Shown: positions 40,498 to 50,392 of the stretch, piece after piece | How positions within the stretch are numbered: the first letter of the stretch is position 1 | How the letters are laid out: every line of letters begins with the position of its first letter | NCBI GenBank assembly: GCA_951813545.1 | Contig: OX638352.1 | Coordinates: 3,728,767-3,792,766 of the forward strand | Reading direction: 5' to 3' | Origin: an uncultured Poribacteria bacterium | GTDB lineage: Bacteria; Poribacteria; WGA-4E; WGA-3G | Length of the DNA stretch: 64,000 bases | The notes under the pieces: model-generated | Database searches by the model: none | Seen by the model: the letters and a program-made list of their open reading frames with translations, nothing else | What the model was told of the DNA's origin: nothing | Made by a program: the position numbers and the translations under genes

Positions 40498-41423
40498 AGA
40501 ATTTGTGGAAAGCAGAAGAGAATCGAGATGCATTTGAGTATGCTCGCAGGGTAACCGCCCACTATTCAAAAAGTTTTTATTTTTCAGCAAGGATGCTGCC
40601 CAGAGAACAGCGTTGGGCGACATTCGCACTATACGGTTTCTGTCGACACTGCGACAATCTGATTGATACGCCGCGTCAACGGACTGAAGCAGAAATCCTC
40701 AGAGAGGTTCAACTCTTGACAGAAGAATTACAGATTGCTTACAATACAGGTGAATCTCAACATCCAATTATTCGTACGTTTATTCTCGTTGCCAAGGCGT
40801 ATAGTATTCCTATTGCATATCCACTTGATCTGCTCAAGGGAGTTGCCATGGATGTTCGGCAGACGCGGTATAAAACGTTCGATGAACTCTCGCTTTTCTG
40901 TTATCGGGTTGCTGCCGTTGTAGGACTGATGATGACCCATGTACTCGGCTATAAGGACGAACGTGCCTTTGGTTACGCAAAGCAACTCGGTATCGCCATG
41001 CAACTAACCAATATTCTGCGGGATATAAAAGAGGATAAAGAGATGGGCCGGCTTTATATACCACAAACGGATTTGGCACAGTTCGGCGTAACGGAACAAG
41101 ACATTTTCAACGAAAAAATGACCCCGCAATTACGAACACTGATGAAATTCCAAGTCGAACGCGCTGATCAATACTATACTGAAGCAATGCCTGGCATCTC
41201 CTTACTCAAAACGGAATCGCAGTACGCGATCTATTCAGCGGCTAAAATTTACCGTGGTATTTTAAGAAAAATCGAAGAGTGCGACTACAACCCGTTTTTA
41301 AGTCGGGTCTTTGTACCGTCAACTCAGAAAATCAAAATTTTACTACACGAGAGACTCCGGACAAAAGTCCTATCGGCACAAGAGAAACTGTTTCCAGCCC
41401 ACTCCGGAATAATAAATAAATGA
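40494..41423 (+). CDS. crtB: Phytoene synthase
   Basis: SKSFY, YCYRVA-like FCYRVAAVVG, LGIAMQLTNILRDIKED and GRLYIP motifs. Confidence 0.95.
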   Translation: MKNLWKAEENRDAFEYARRVTAHYSKSFYFSARMLPREQRWATFALYGFCRHCDNLIDTPRQRTEAEILREVQLLTEELQIAYNTGESQHPIIRTFILVAKAYSIPIAYPLDLLKGVAMDVRQTRYKTFDELSLFCYRVAAVVGLMMTHVLGYKDERAFGYAKQLGIAMQLTNILRDIKEDKEMGRLYIPQTDLAQFGVTEQDIFNEKMTPQLRTLMKFQVERADQYYTEAMPGISLLKTESQYAIYSAAKIYRGILRKIEECDYNPFLSRVFVPSTQKIKILLHERLRTKVLSAQEKLFPAHSGIINK

Positions 41424-42076
41424 TTCGTACACAGCACCGCCTCTGGGCGGACATCATCTTCCAACCGTATCTGATGGGGCTGTTCAAGCGGAATTTTCAC
41501 GAGATTCGGTTATTAGGAACGCTACCGGAAACATCTGACGATCTGCCGTTGCTACTACTGCCCAACCACAGTACGTGGTGGGACGGATTCTTTGTCTATC
41601 TGCTCAACAAACGGATTTTTCGCCGCACAGCCTATCTGATGATGTTGGAGGCGCAGCTATCAAAATACAAATTCTTTGCAAAAATAGGTGCTTATTCAAT
41701 TGAACCGGAGAATCGACGTGGTGTCATCGAATCACTTGAATATACCGTCGAATTACTGCGCCGAAAGATGGCACTCGTCGCTATTTTTCCGCAAGGACAA
41801 CTGTTGCCGTGGCACACGCGCCCGCTCGACTATAAGCGCGGCGTTGAGTGGATCTTACGGGAATATGGAAAGCCCGTCACTGTGCTCCCCTTGGCAATTC
41901 GCACTGAGTTCCTCGGTGAAAAGCGTCCAAGTGTATTCTTTCTGTTTGGGGATATCCATTCGTTTGACGCAGGAACATTTCGCGGAATGGACTGGCTCGA
42001 AAAGACTGAAATTGATTTGCTGGATGACTTGGCATTGCAAATACTTCGTCAGGAAGATGGAAAAAATTTGCTTTAA
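41420..42076 (+). CDS. PlsC-type acyltransferase (carotenoid glycoside acyltransferase, CruD-like)
   Basis: NHSTWWDG and IFPQG motifs; operon context. Confidence 0.8.
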   Translation: MIRTQHRLWADIIFQPYLMGLFKRNFHEIRLLGTLPETSDDLPLLLLPNHSTWWDGFFVYLLNKRIFRRTAYLMMLEAQLSKYKFFAKIGAYSIEPENRRGVIESLEYTVELLRRKMALVAIFPQGQLLPWHTRPLDYKRGVEWILREYGKPVTVLPLAIRTEFLGEKRPSVFFLFGDIHSFDAGTFRGMDWLEKTEIDLLDDLALQILRQEDGKNLL

Positions 42077-42079
42077 TGG

Positions 42080-43228
42080 TTGCCGGTTAAAGGTACGGTA
42101 ATAATATTGTTTGTATTGATATTTATCACCATTGGGTTGCTGGTGGTTGTCTTAGCGGTCACACTATTTAACGCTGTGACTGCCCCAATGCTCAAAAACG
42201 CAAGTGAATGCCGGAACCATCCACGCGTCTCGGTGTTGATTCCTGCTCGCAATGAGGAAGCCAATATAGGTGCTTGCCTTGAGGGATTTCTGGCGCAAAA
42301 GTACGACAATTTCGAGATTCGCGTTCTCGATGATCAGTCAACCGATCATACCGGAGTCATCATCAAACAGTTTGACCAACGGCATCCTGAAGTTCAAGCG
42401 ATTCGTGGTGAGTCGCTGCCGTCAGGCTGGATGGGAAAAAATTGGGCGTGCCACCAATTGAGTCAGCATGCGGATGGAGAGATACTCATTTTCACCGATG
42501 CGGATAACCGTCCTGCACCGAACGCGATTGCGAATACCGTTGCCTACATGCAGAAATTGGAACTTGGATTACTCTCGGCGTTCCCAGAGAAAGTGACAGT
42601 AACTTTAGGAGAAAAACTTATAGTGCCGGTGGTTGACATGTTCGTTTATGCTGGGCTTCCATTATGGCTTACGTACTTCAGTCGTTCGCCTTCGCTTGCT
42701 GCCGCGAGCGGCTTGTGGATCGCATTCACCCGTAAGGCTTATAAACAGATTGATGGTCATCAAGCGGTATCAAATCAGATTGTTGAAGACGTTGAGTTAA
42801 GCCGATTGGCAAAAAAGAGAGGTATCAAGATCTTGACTTCGGCTGGCACTGGCGTGGTATGTTGTAGAATGTATCATTCGTTTCGTGAGGTATGGAGTGG
42901 ATTTTCCAAAAACCTTTTCGGGCTTGTCGGATACAAGGCAGTTCCGTTTTTTGTTCTAACGCTTGTTCTGTGGACGATGTGCGTCCTACCCTACATCACT
43001 GTCTGGTTCTCACCATTTATGGAACTGTCGCTTATTGCTATCTTTATGAACATCGCTATGCGGATGGTGCTGGCACTCAAATATAGGCACCCGTTCTTTA
43101 CAAGCGTGATTCTGCATCCGTTTGGTGTACTGTTGACCTTACTGATTGGTATCAATTCGTTCTTTCAAGTCAAACGCGGTCGCCTGCAGTGGAAGGGACG
43201 GCAGATCAACATGCAGGTGAATGAGTAA
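42080..43228 (+). CDS. GT2 glycosyltransferase (carotenoid glycosyltransferase, CruC/CrtQ-like)
   Basis: VLIPARNEE, DDQSTD, GWMGK.WAC, FTDAD, VEDV and WKGR motifs. Confidence 0.85.
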   Translation: MPVKGTVIILFVLIFITIGLLVVVLAVTLFNAVTAPMLKNASECRNHPRVSVLIPARNEEANIGACLEGFLAQKYDNFEIRVLDDQSTDHTGVIIKQFDQRHPEVQAIRGESLPSGWMGKNWACHQLSQHADGEILIFTDADNRPAPNAIANTVAYMQKLELGLLSAFPEKVTVTLGEKLIVPVVDMFVYAGLPLWLTYFSRSPSLAAASGLWIAFTRKAYKQIDGHQAVSNQIVEDVELSRLAKKRGIKILTSAGTGVVCCRMYHSFREVWSGFSKNLFGLVGYKAVPFFVLTLVLWTMCVLPYITVWFSPFMELSLIAIFMNIAMRMVLALKYRHPFFTSVILHPFGVLLTLLIGINSFFQVKRGRLQWKGRQINMQVNE

Positions 43229-43915
43229 GTGAATAAACTAAAAATAGGTGTTCTTTATCTACTTTTAGGAGCCGGTGGGTTGTGGCATGTACTCGGTGTT
43301 TTCCAAGGAACCATGCGCGTCCTCGCTTCGCCGATGATGTTTGGCTTAGCGGTTTGGCTGTTTTGGGAATGCTGGCGGATATGCCCACAGGAAGAAAAGC
43401 GCAAATTTTTTCTCTGGGGTATATGTGTTGTTGTTGGTAGTTTCGGAATTGAGTGGCTTGGTGTTCGGACGGGACAGATTTTCGGTTCGTACGTGTATGG
43501 ACAGACACTGCGTCCGTCGATTGATGGTGTCCCAATTAGTATTGGATGTGCGTGGTTTGTAATGCTTGTCGCCTCGGTCGCTGTCGTTCAAAGAATCGCA
43601 CCGAAATCGATAGTTAAAAGTTCAGTCAAATTGGCATTGTGCGTGGCGTTGTTAATGTTCTGTTTCGACCTGTTTATGGAACCCGCAGCGGGAATGTTAG
43701 ACTATTGGATATGGATGGATAACCGTATTCCTCTGCGGAACTATCTGGCATGGTTCGGATTGAGTTTCGTCCTCGCGATGATTGGTATAAGGGCTGGCTT
43801 GTTTTCCGACCCGCCCCTTCTCAGTAACGGGTGGGGACCCCTGCCTCGAATCGCGTTTCACTTCTATTTTGCGCAACTCCTTTATTTCGGACTCGTGAAT
43901 TTGAAGGGCTTATGA
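43229..43915 (+). CDS. cruF: Carotenoid 1,2-hydratase
   Basis: EWLGV.TG..FG.Y.YG, GVP....W, D..MEP and NYLAWF motifs. Confidence 0.85.
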   Translation: MNKLKIGVLYLLLGAGGLWHVLGVFQGTMRVLASPMMFGLAVWLFWECWRICPQEEKRKFFLWGICVVVGSFGIEWLGVRTGQIFGSYVYGQTLRPSIDGVPISIGCAWFVMLVASVAVVQRIAPKSIVKSSVKLALCVALLMFCFDLFMEPAAGMLDYWIWMDNRIPLRNYLAWFGLSFVLAMIGIRAGLFSDPPLLSNGWGPLPRIAFHFYFAQLLYFGLVNLKGL

Positions 43916-44628
43916 AACCGCCAAACAAGGGTTTATTCATTGCATTAGCGATTATCGGTCTGTGGGGATTGAGTCTCTCAATTTTCCTCACACTCGATGT
44001 CGTTCGAGTGAGCATTGCGCTGATACCATTGGGCATACTTTGGCAGACATTTCTCTATACCGGTCTGTTTATCACAGCGCACGATGCGATGCATGGCGCA
44101 GTTTGTCAAGCATACCCGCGAGTCAACAATATAATAGGGATAATCGCTGTCAGGTTATACGCGCTGTTTTCATATCGCAAATTATTAGAGAAGCATTGGG
44201 CGCACCACCGAACACCGGCGAGCGATGCAGACCCCGATTTTCATGACGGAGAACACAGTGATTTCTTAGCGTGGTATCTTCGTTTTATGAAAGAATACCT
44301 CAGTTGGAAGCAGATAATTGGCATGGCGGCTGTCTTTCAGATCATGGAATACGTTTTGGGGCTTCCGACTCTCAACCTGATACTGTTTTGGGTTTTTCCC
44401 GCATTGCTTAGCACGCTACAACTCTTTTATTTCGGGACATATCTGACGCACCGCACCCCAGAGGGCGGATATGACAACCCACACCACGCGCAGAGCAATG
44501 CGTATTCGACATTCTGGTCGTTTATTACCTGTTATCACTTCGGCTATCACTGGGAACATCACGAGTATCCATACGTTCCGTGGTGGAATTTACCAGAGAA
44601 ACGCAAAGTTAGTGAACATTCCCACTGA
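43912..44628 (+). CDS. crtW: Beta-carotene ketolase
   Basis: TGLFITAHDAMHG, HWAHH, DPDF, QLFYFGTYL.H and CYHFGYHWEHH histidine boxes. Confidence 0.9.
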   Translation: MKPPNKGLFIALAIIGLWGLSLSIFLTLDVVRVSIALIPLGILWQTFLYTGLFITAHDAMHGAVCQAYPRVNNIIGIIAVRLYALFSYRKLLEKHWAHHRTPASDADPDFHDGEHSDFLAWYLRFMKEYLSWKQIIGMAAVFQIMEYVLGLPTLNLILFWVFPALLSTLQLFYFGTYLTHRTPEGGYDNPHHAQSNAYSTFWSFITCYHFGYHWEHHEYPYVPWWNLPEKRKVSEHSH

Positions 44629-44647
44629 ACCCAGTAGCAATTTCTCC

Positions 44648-45613
44648 TCACGCCATTTCAGCGACGGTGCCTAATCCTTTTGCTTCTGCCTCTGCAAGTA
44701 CCGCTGCGCCTGCGACTGCGTCTTGCACCGCTACCCCAACCGATTTGAAGAACGTGATTTCGTCATCTGACTGCCGTCCGGGTTTGTCACCGTTAATGAT
44801 TTCGCCGATTTCAGCATCAATCTCAGCGTTCGGAATAATCAGATCTCCTGCCTCCTCTAAGCAGTCTTCCCGCGAATCGACCACAATTCGATGCGCCCGT
44901 TTTATCGTCGTCGTATCGACTTCCCGTTTTTCTGGAACGAACGTGCCAACGGCTGTAATATGTGTTCCCGGTTGTAGAACGTTTCCATCAAAAAGAGGGG
45001 TTGCAGATGTCGTCGCACAGATAACAATATCAGCATCTTCCACTACCTGTCGTGGTGTAGAGACAAGATTGACTTCGGGAGCGTCTGTCCATGCCGAAAT
45101 CTCAGTGGCGAGTTGTTGTGCCGATGCTTCTGTACGACTGATGAGATTCACGGACGCGATGTCTCTGACCGCCATCACCGCCTGTAATTGTGCTCTTGCC
45201 TGTACACCTGCTCCGAACAGTCCAACCTTTTTTGCATCTTGTCGGGAAAGTAAGTCTGCCGCCACACCGCCACCGGCTCCTGTTCGGATTGCAGTGAGAC
45301 TGGCACCGTCCATGAATGCTTTCGGAACTCCTGTAACTGGGTCGAGGACTAAAACCGTTGCGGTGATACGGGGTAGATCGAGGTTCGGATTATCGTCGTA
45401 AACGGAGACGACTTTGATGCCGAACTCACTGCGTTCAGGTAGATAGGCAGGCATGATGAGTGTAACGCCTTTGTCAGTGGAAAGATGTTGCCGTGGCGGT
45501 GCGGTTACCTTGTCTGCTGAGAGTTGGCTATAAGCGTGCCGCATCGCATCAATCGCTTTAGGCATGGGTAAGGCTGCGCGGACATCAGATGCGGAGAGGA
45601 TTCTAATAGGCAT
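44648..45613 (-). CDS. Ornithine cyclodeaminase/mu-crystallin family (possible delta1-pyrroline-2-carboxylate reductase)
   Basis: LTAIRTGA, FGAGVQA and FKSVGVAVQD motifs. Confidence 0.85.
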   Translation of the reverse strand: MPIRILSASDVRAALPMPKAIDAMRHAYSQLSADKVTAPPRQHLSTDKGVTLIMPAYLPERSEFGIKVVSVYDDNPNLDLPRITATVLVLDPVTGVPKAFMDGASLTAIRTGAGGGVAADLLSRQDAKKVGLFGAGVQARAQLQAVMAVRDIASVNLISRTEASAQQLATEISAWTDAPEVNLVSTPRQVVEDADIVICATTSATPLFDGNVLQPGTHITAVGTFVPEKREVDTTTIKRAHRIVVDSREDCLEEAGDLIIPNAEIDAEIGEIINGDKPGRQSDDEITFFKSVGVAVQDAVAGAAVLAEAEAKGLGTVAEMA

Positions 45614-45617
45614 GCAA

Positions 45618-46721
45618 TTACTCCACGCGAACTACCGCTTCACCTAACACATCCATATTCGGCATGATGCCCAAACCGGATTGCGTTGAAGCTGCCATCT
45701 TGCCGTTAACCCGTTGTGGAGCACCTTCTGCCGTGCTGACGGTGACGTAACTGTTGAAATCGGTTGCTGTGAATAGGAATTCTGTGGGTGTACTGTGGGC
45801 GAGATGGGCAATCGCTGCGGTTGTGATGTCGCCACCCCAGCTATCTTCGATTGTCATTGCAACGCCAAGTTCAACGCATAGGTCTCTGGCGAGTTTTGCT
45901 TTGGTCAGCCCACCGAATTTGCTTATCTTGATGTTGACGACATCCATCGCCCGATCCGCGTGACCGCGTAATAACGCGTGGATGCTGTCAATCGTCTCAT
46001 CAAGAACAAAGGGGTGATCTGTACGCTGACGGATGGCGAGGCATTCTTCATAGGAGAGACAGGGTTGCTCGATGTAGACATCCACATCCCTCACACCCCG
46101 GACGACGCGGGCGGCTTGGTGCATCAACCAACCGGTATTCGCGTCCGCAATGAGCACGTCCCCGGGTTCCATCAATTCAGCGACCGCATGGATGCGTTCA
46201 ATATCTGTATTTGGATCACTACCGACTTTCAACTGGAATTTGCGATACCCTTCCGCACGATAGGTAGCAACCTTCGCCGCCATCTCGTCCGGAGCTTGTT
46301 GGGAAATCGCACGGTAGAGCATGAAATCGTCACCATACCTTCCACCGAGGAGGGTACAAACCGATTGGTTTGAAACCTTGCCAAGGATATCCCAACACGC
46401 GATGTCAATTGCGGATTTCACATACGGGTGTCCCTTGAGTGCGATATCCATGTATTGATTGAGCGGAAGCAGTTGTGTTGGATCTTCGCCGATGAGGTGC
46501 GGCGCGAGTTCGGCGATACCAGTACGGGTTCCTGTTGCATAAGCAGGGAGATAGAAAGGTCCCAACGGGCAAACCTCGCCGTAACCTGTAATGCCTTCAT
46601 CCGTTTCAACTGAGACGATGGTGCTGTCAAAGACGGATACGGATTTGCCGCCCGACCAGTTGTAGCTGCCTTCATGTAACGGAAGGTCAACTTGATGGGC
46701 GTTAATACCGCGAATTTTCAT
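45618..46721 (-). CDS. Enolase-superfamily (MR/MLE) enzyme, cis-3-hydroxy-L-proline dehydratase-like
   Basis: [36 protein letters not shown] and EDSWG motifs. Confidence 0.75.
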   Translation of the reverse strand: MKIRGINAHQVDLPLHEGSYNWSGGKSVSVFDSTIVSVETDEGITGYGEVCPLGPFYLPAYATGTRTGIAELAPHLIGEDPTQLLPLNQYMDIALKGHPYVKSAIDIACWDILGKVSNQSVCTLLGGRYGDDFMLYRAISQQAPDEMAAKVATYRAEGYRKFQLKVGSDPNTDIERIHAVAELMEPGDVLIADANTGWLMHQAARVVRGVRDVDVYIEQPCLSYEECLAIRQRTDHPFVLDETIDSIHALLRGHADRAMDVVNIKISKFGGLTKAKLARDLCVELGVAMTIEDSWGGDITTAAIAHLAHSTPTEFLFTATDFNSYVTVSTAEGAPQRVNGKMAASTQSGLGIMPNMDVLGEAVVRVE

Positions 46722-46836
46722 GTTTTTAATTTACCTTGCGGTTCGGTGAGGAAAATTGGTGTTCTCACACGTCTCTCCGTATATCTGGAAGAAACACCCA
46801 AGCAAATAAACCCGGCGCGTTGCTTGGGACTACTTT

Positions 46837-46953
46837 TATAGTAAAGTCCACAATTAACTTATACACTTATAGAAGGCGAGGTTCCAAACTCCGCCAGCGA
46901 TGGAGCGGGTCGTTGCTACCGAAAGTGTAAATATGTTTTCGGGCTTTACTATA
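46837..46953. repeat. MITE-like repeat, homolog of 25943-26060
   Basis: TATAGTAAAG...CTTTACTATA ends and internal GAAGGCGAGG..CGCCAGCG. Confidence 0.65.
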
Positions 46954-46968
46954 ATTTACCTTTTAGTG

Positions 46969-47700
46969 TTAGTTACTGGAAGTTGGCACTTTTTCGATGA
47001 TACGGTCAGCTAACTTTGAAAAAGGTAGGCTCTGGAGGTAAACGGTACCAGCACCTCTCAGTGTCGCAAGGAAAAGTCCCTCGCCGCCGAAGAACATTGA
47101 CTTTAGACCTTTGACCATTTCAATGTCGTAGTCAACACCAGAAGTGAAGGCAACAAGACAACCGGTGTCAACACGAAGCGTCTCATTGACGAGTTCCTTT
47201 TTGATGACTGAACCACCAGCATGTACAAACGCCATGCCGTCGCCGCGTAGGCGTTGAAGAATAAAACCCTCACCACCAAAAAACCCGGCACCCAATTTCC
47301 GTGAGAAGGCAATGTCCAGTTCAGTACCCAAGGCAGCACAGAGGAAAGCATCCTTCTGACAGAGCAACTCTCCGCCGATTTCTGCCAGATCTATGGGGAG
47401 AATGTGTCCGGGGTAGGGCGAGGCGAAAGCCACCCGCCTTTTATCGCTACTCGTGTTGGTGAAGTGTGTCAAAAACAGTGACTCCCCACTGAGTGCTCGT
47501 TTCCCGGCACTCAGAAACTTGCCCATCAAACCCCCATCACCACTGGAGCCATCGCCCATCTTTGCCTCATAGACAATGTCATCCTCCAACCAATTCATAG
47601 CACCTGCTTCCGCTATGATTGTCTCGCCTTTATCAAGTTCAACCTCAACGACCTGCATATCGTTACCAAAAATTTCATAATCTACTTCGTGACTCTGCAT
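46969..47700 (-). CDS. TIGR00266/AIM24 family protein
   Basis: AEAGAM, GESLF, CQKDAFL, FFGGEG (twice) and QSLPF motifs. Confidence 0.9.
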   Translation of the reverse strand: MQSHEVDYEIFGNDMQVVEVELDKGETIIAEAGAMNWLEDDIVYEAKMGDGSSGDGGLMGKFLSAGKRALSGESLFLTHFTNTSSDKRRVAFASPYPGHILPIDLAEIGGELLCQKDAFLCAALGTELDIAFSRKLGAGFFGGEGFILQRLRGDGMAFVHAGGSVIKKELVNETLRVDTGCLVAFTSGVDYDIEMVKGLKSMFFGGEGLFLATLRGAGTVYLQSLPFSKLADRIIEKVPTSSN

Positions 47701-47953
47701 TGTTTTGTTGTTCCTTTTAACTTTTAAATGTTGTTACAGCAGAGGGAAACCTTACAATCGCGATGCGTTTTAATCAACTGGAAAAATAATAACACGTTTG
47801 ACGGAAACCTTCAAGAAAAATCGGGTTTGAAAAGTGTAGTCAGGCGGTAAGATATTTCGTATAATTAGAAAACATGAGTTGGGTGTAAGGATTTAGAAAA
47901 ATCTGGTTTCCAGTAAATCTTTACGCCAAGATATTTAAAAGGCAACAATTCTA

Positions 47954-48676
47954 ATGAGTTCAATAATCATCCCTGTTGTAGGATTTGCATTTGTGGGACT
48001 GCTGTGGCTTTTCTTTAGACCGCCTTTCGGGAAAAATATTATTCGCATCAACACAGACCAACGGATTGTCGCGCTCACTTACGACGATGGACCAAATCCG
48101 CCTTATACTGAGCGGTTACTTGATGTCCTCGCGAAGCACAACGTCAAAGCCACCTTCTTCATGATCGGAAATCGGATTGAAAAGCATCCGGAAACGGTAA
48201 GTCGGGTTATCGCTGAGGAGCATCAGATTGGCAATCACTCTTACAGTCATCCGCTGCTGGGTTTCTTGCCACCTTTCTGTGTTCGACGACAAATTGAACG
48301 CACGGACGACCTTCTTCAGCAATACGGCATTGCAAAGGATAGTGTATTTAGAGCACCAATGCTAACACGGTTTCTACCAGTCGCTTATGTCCTCGCGAAA
48401 GGTGATCGAACACACATCAGTTGCAATGTATGGAGTTGGGATTGGACGACGCAGAATCCGGACAAGATCACTGAGACGGTATTGAAAAAAACACTTTCAT
48501 CTACAGGGGCGGGTTCGATTATCGTCCTACACGATGGGAAAGCGGAAAATAAGGACGCAAACCGTTCAGGGACAATCGAAGCAACAGACCGAATCATCAA
48601 CGCACTGAAACGGGACGGCTACCGGTTTGTACGGTTGTCGGATGTCAGAAGAATGGCAATCAGCAAGAGAGATTAG
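47954..48676 (+). CDS. Polysaccharide deacetylase (CE4) with N-terminal anchor
   Basis: ALTYDDGP, IGNHSYSH, FRAP and IIVLHD motifs. Confidence 0.9.
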   Translation: MSSIIIPVVGFAFVGLLWLFFRPPFGKNIIRINTDQRIVALTYDDGPNPPYTERLLDVLAKHNVKATFFMIGNRIEKHPETVSRVIAEEHQIGNHSYSHPLLGFLPPFCVRRQIERTDDLLQQYGIAKDSVFRAPMLTRFLPVAYVLAKGDRTHISCNVWSWDWTTQNPDKITETVLKKTLSSTGAGSIIVLHDGKAENKDANRSGTIEATDRIINALKRDGYRFVRLSDVRRMAISKRD

Positions 48677-48759
48677 ATTACAAAAACCTCATTTCTTATG
48701 GCTAACTGCTATTCCGCTGAGCAGAGAACGCGCTTCCACTGTAAGCAGGTAACTGCTCC

Positions 48760-50391
48760 TCAGTCTGCAGTTTCCACAGAAACTTTTGCGTGGAAAGCGT
48801 TTATATCGCCTATCTCACTCCATTGATCTCCAGTCACGCATAATTTAAAGCGTTGACCACGAGCGAACTGATACGTAATTTGTCCAGATTCACCGGGGAA
48901 TATCCCCCAGACTCTGGTAAGTGCGCCAAGTGCCTTCTTATATTCATCGCTTTCTTGGCTGTTCCATTCTGTAGGATCAATGCCATCAGGTGCTTTTTCC
49001 GTCGGGAGTTTTTTGTCTCCGTCGAGGAGATGGAAAATCCCTATTCCTTTGTCTCTTCCGACTTGGATGTTAGCAGTGAGTGTGCCACTCCCTTCAAACG
49101 CCGTGGCATCAATGTAGACAACAGTGTAATCCTGATGTGCGAGCATCGGGGTACGAAAAGTATCTACGACCTCCTTTGAGGGTTGCTCGGGTGTAAGGAT
49201 AAGATCGCCCAACCCAGGACGTTTTCCTTCCAAGGACTCCCTGAGAAATAGTAGGTAAGGTTCGGCATGGTCATCAGACTCCGTCAGTTTGTCAAGGAAC
49301 ATATAAGCCGCGTGGTCGGGTTCCGTCATATTGTCAAGAAATATATTGTAGTCTATGCCACCCATCGCTTCAAACTCCGGTGAGATAACCAAACAATCCA
49401 CTGGTGAACCCTTTTTCCAGGTTTTGATAATTGCTTGTGCTAAGGGATGGCTTGTGTCGAAGATCTTACCTTCGCGTTCGCGTCGCTTGGCAATCGGTTC
49501 TCGCAAACTCGGCGTTCGTCCTAACTCCGCGTTGGGTACCCACGCGTTGATGAAGTTTTGGTTCAAGAATTCTATGATTCGATCTTCAGAGAGCTCAACT
49601 GCCCTCAGGATTTTACCACTCCCTCAGCACGCCTCGTCAAAGAGCGGCCCATCCACTGAGATAACATGGATCGGTTTCCCTTGTGCGGGTGCCATCTCCA
49701 ACACTTCCTCCAGCGATACCCAGTTAATTTTCTGAAACTTGTAGAAACGTGATGACAGCGCGCGTTCGACTTCTTCCTGCGTGATTGATGCGGTGAATTC
49801 GACATCAGGCAGTTGCGTACCAACAGAGATCTCCATTTTCGGACAAAAACCGATCTCCGCGGCAGTCCCTTCATCTCGCGTCCAACCCGCATCGAAGTTC
49901 AGTGTCGTTGGCGGCACGTACATTTTAAAGGAGACGATCTTCTCTTGGAGTCGGTCAACGACGAGATGTCCAGCAAATTGTGATGGCGTAAACTTACCGC
50001 TCTCCATGATGAATTCTGCATGAATACGGAACACAATGTCAGCAAGTTCATCATTGTAAGCACGCAAGCATCCCCACAATCCACGAGAATCTCCCGAATC
50101 AATGGTCAACTTCAGTCGTGGGTTGGGATGAAGCTGCTTCAGTAGTGTTAGTACGCCTTCTTCTTGAATTTCCCAACATTCACCCACCGAAACCGATTCC
50201 GATGGGAGGAATGCTTGGAAAACCGAGGCCGGATACTGTTTTTCTGGTTCAGCAACCTGCAGATTCGCCAACTCGTCCCATTCTACGTGGAAGTTGTATT
50301 GCGTGTATTCAATCGGCGCGATGGAACCTTTGACGTTGACTTCTGCGTCGCCGTCAAGATTAAGCGTAATTTTGTTTGATAATGTATTCAT
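48760..50391 (-). CDS. Selenoprotein N-like protein, copy 5 (543 aa; Sec TGA at 49624-49626)
   Basis: ORFs 49624-50391 and 48760-49566 are in frame; junction reads DEAC-U-GSGKILRAVELSEDRIIEFLNQNFINAW. Confidence 0.88.
49589..49606 (-). promoter_or_regulatory. Candidate bacterial SECIS, copy 5
   Basis: GAGGGC-AGTTGA-GCTCTC hairpin starting 17 nt after the UGA. Confidence 0.6.
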
Positions 50392-50392
50392 T

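Noticed and set aside
44667-45401. 244-aa plus-strand ORF (and similar long antisense ORFs such as 39840-40562)
   Set aside because: These are antisense shadows of well-supported genes, with no recognisable motifs.
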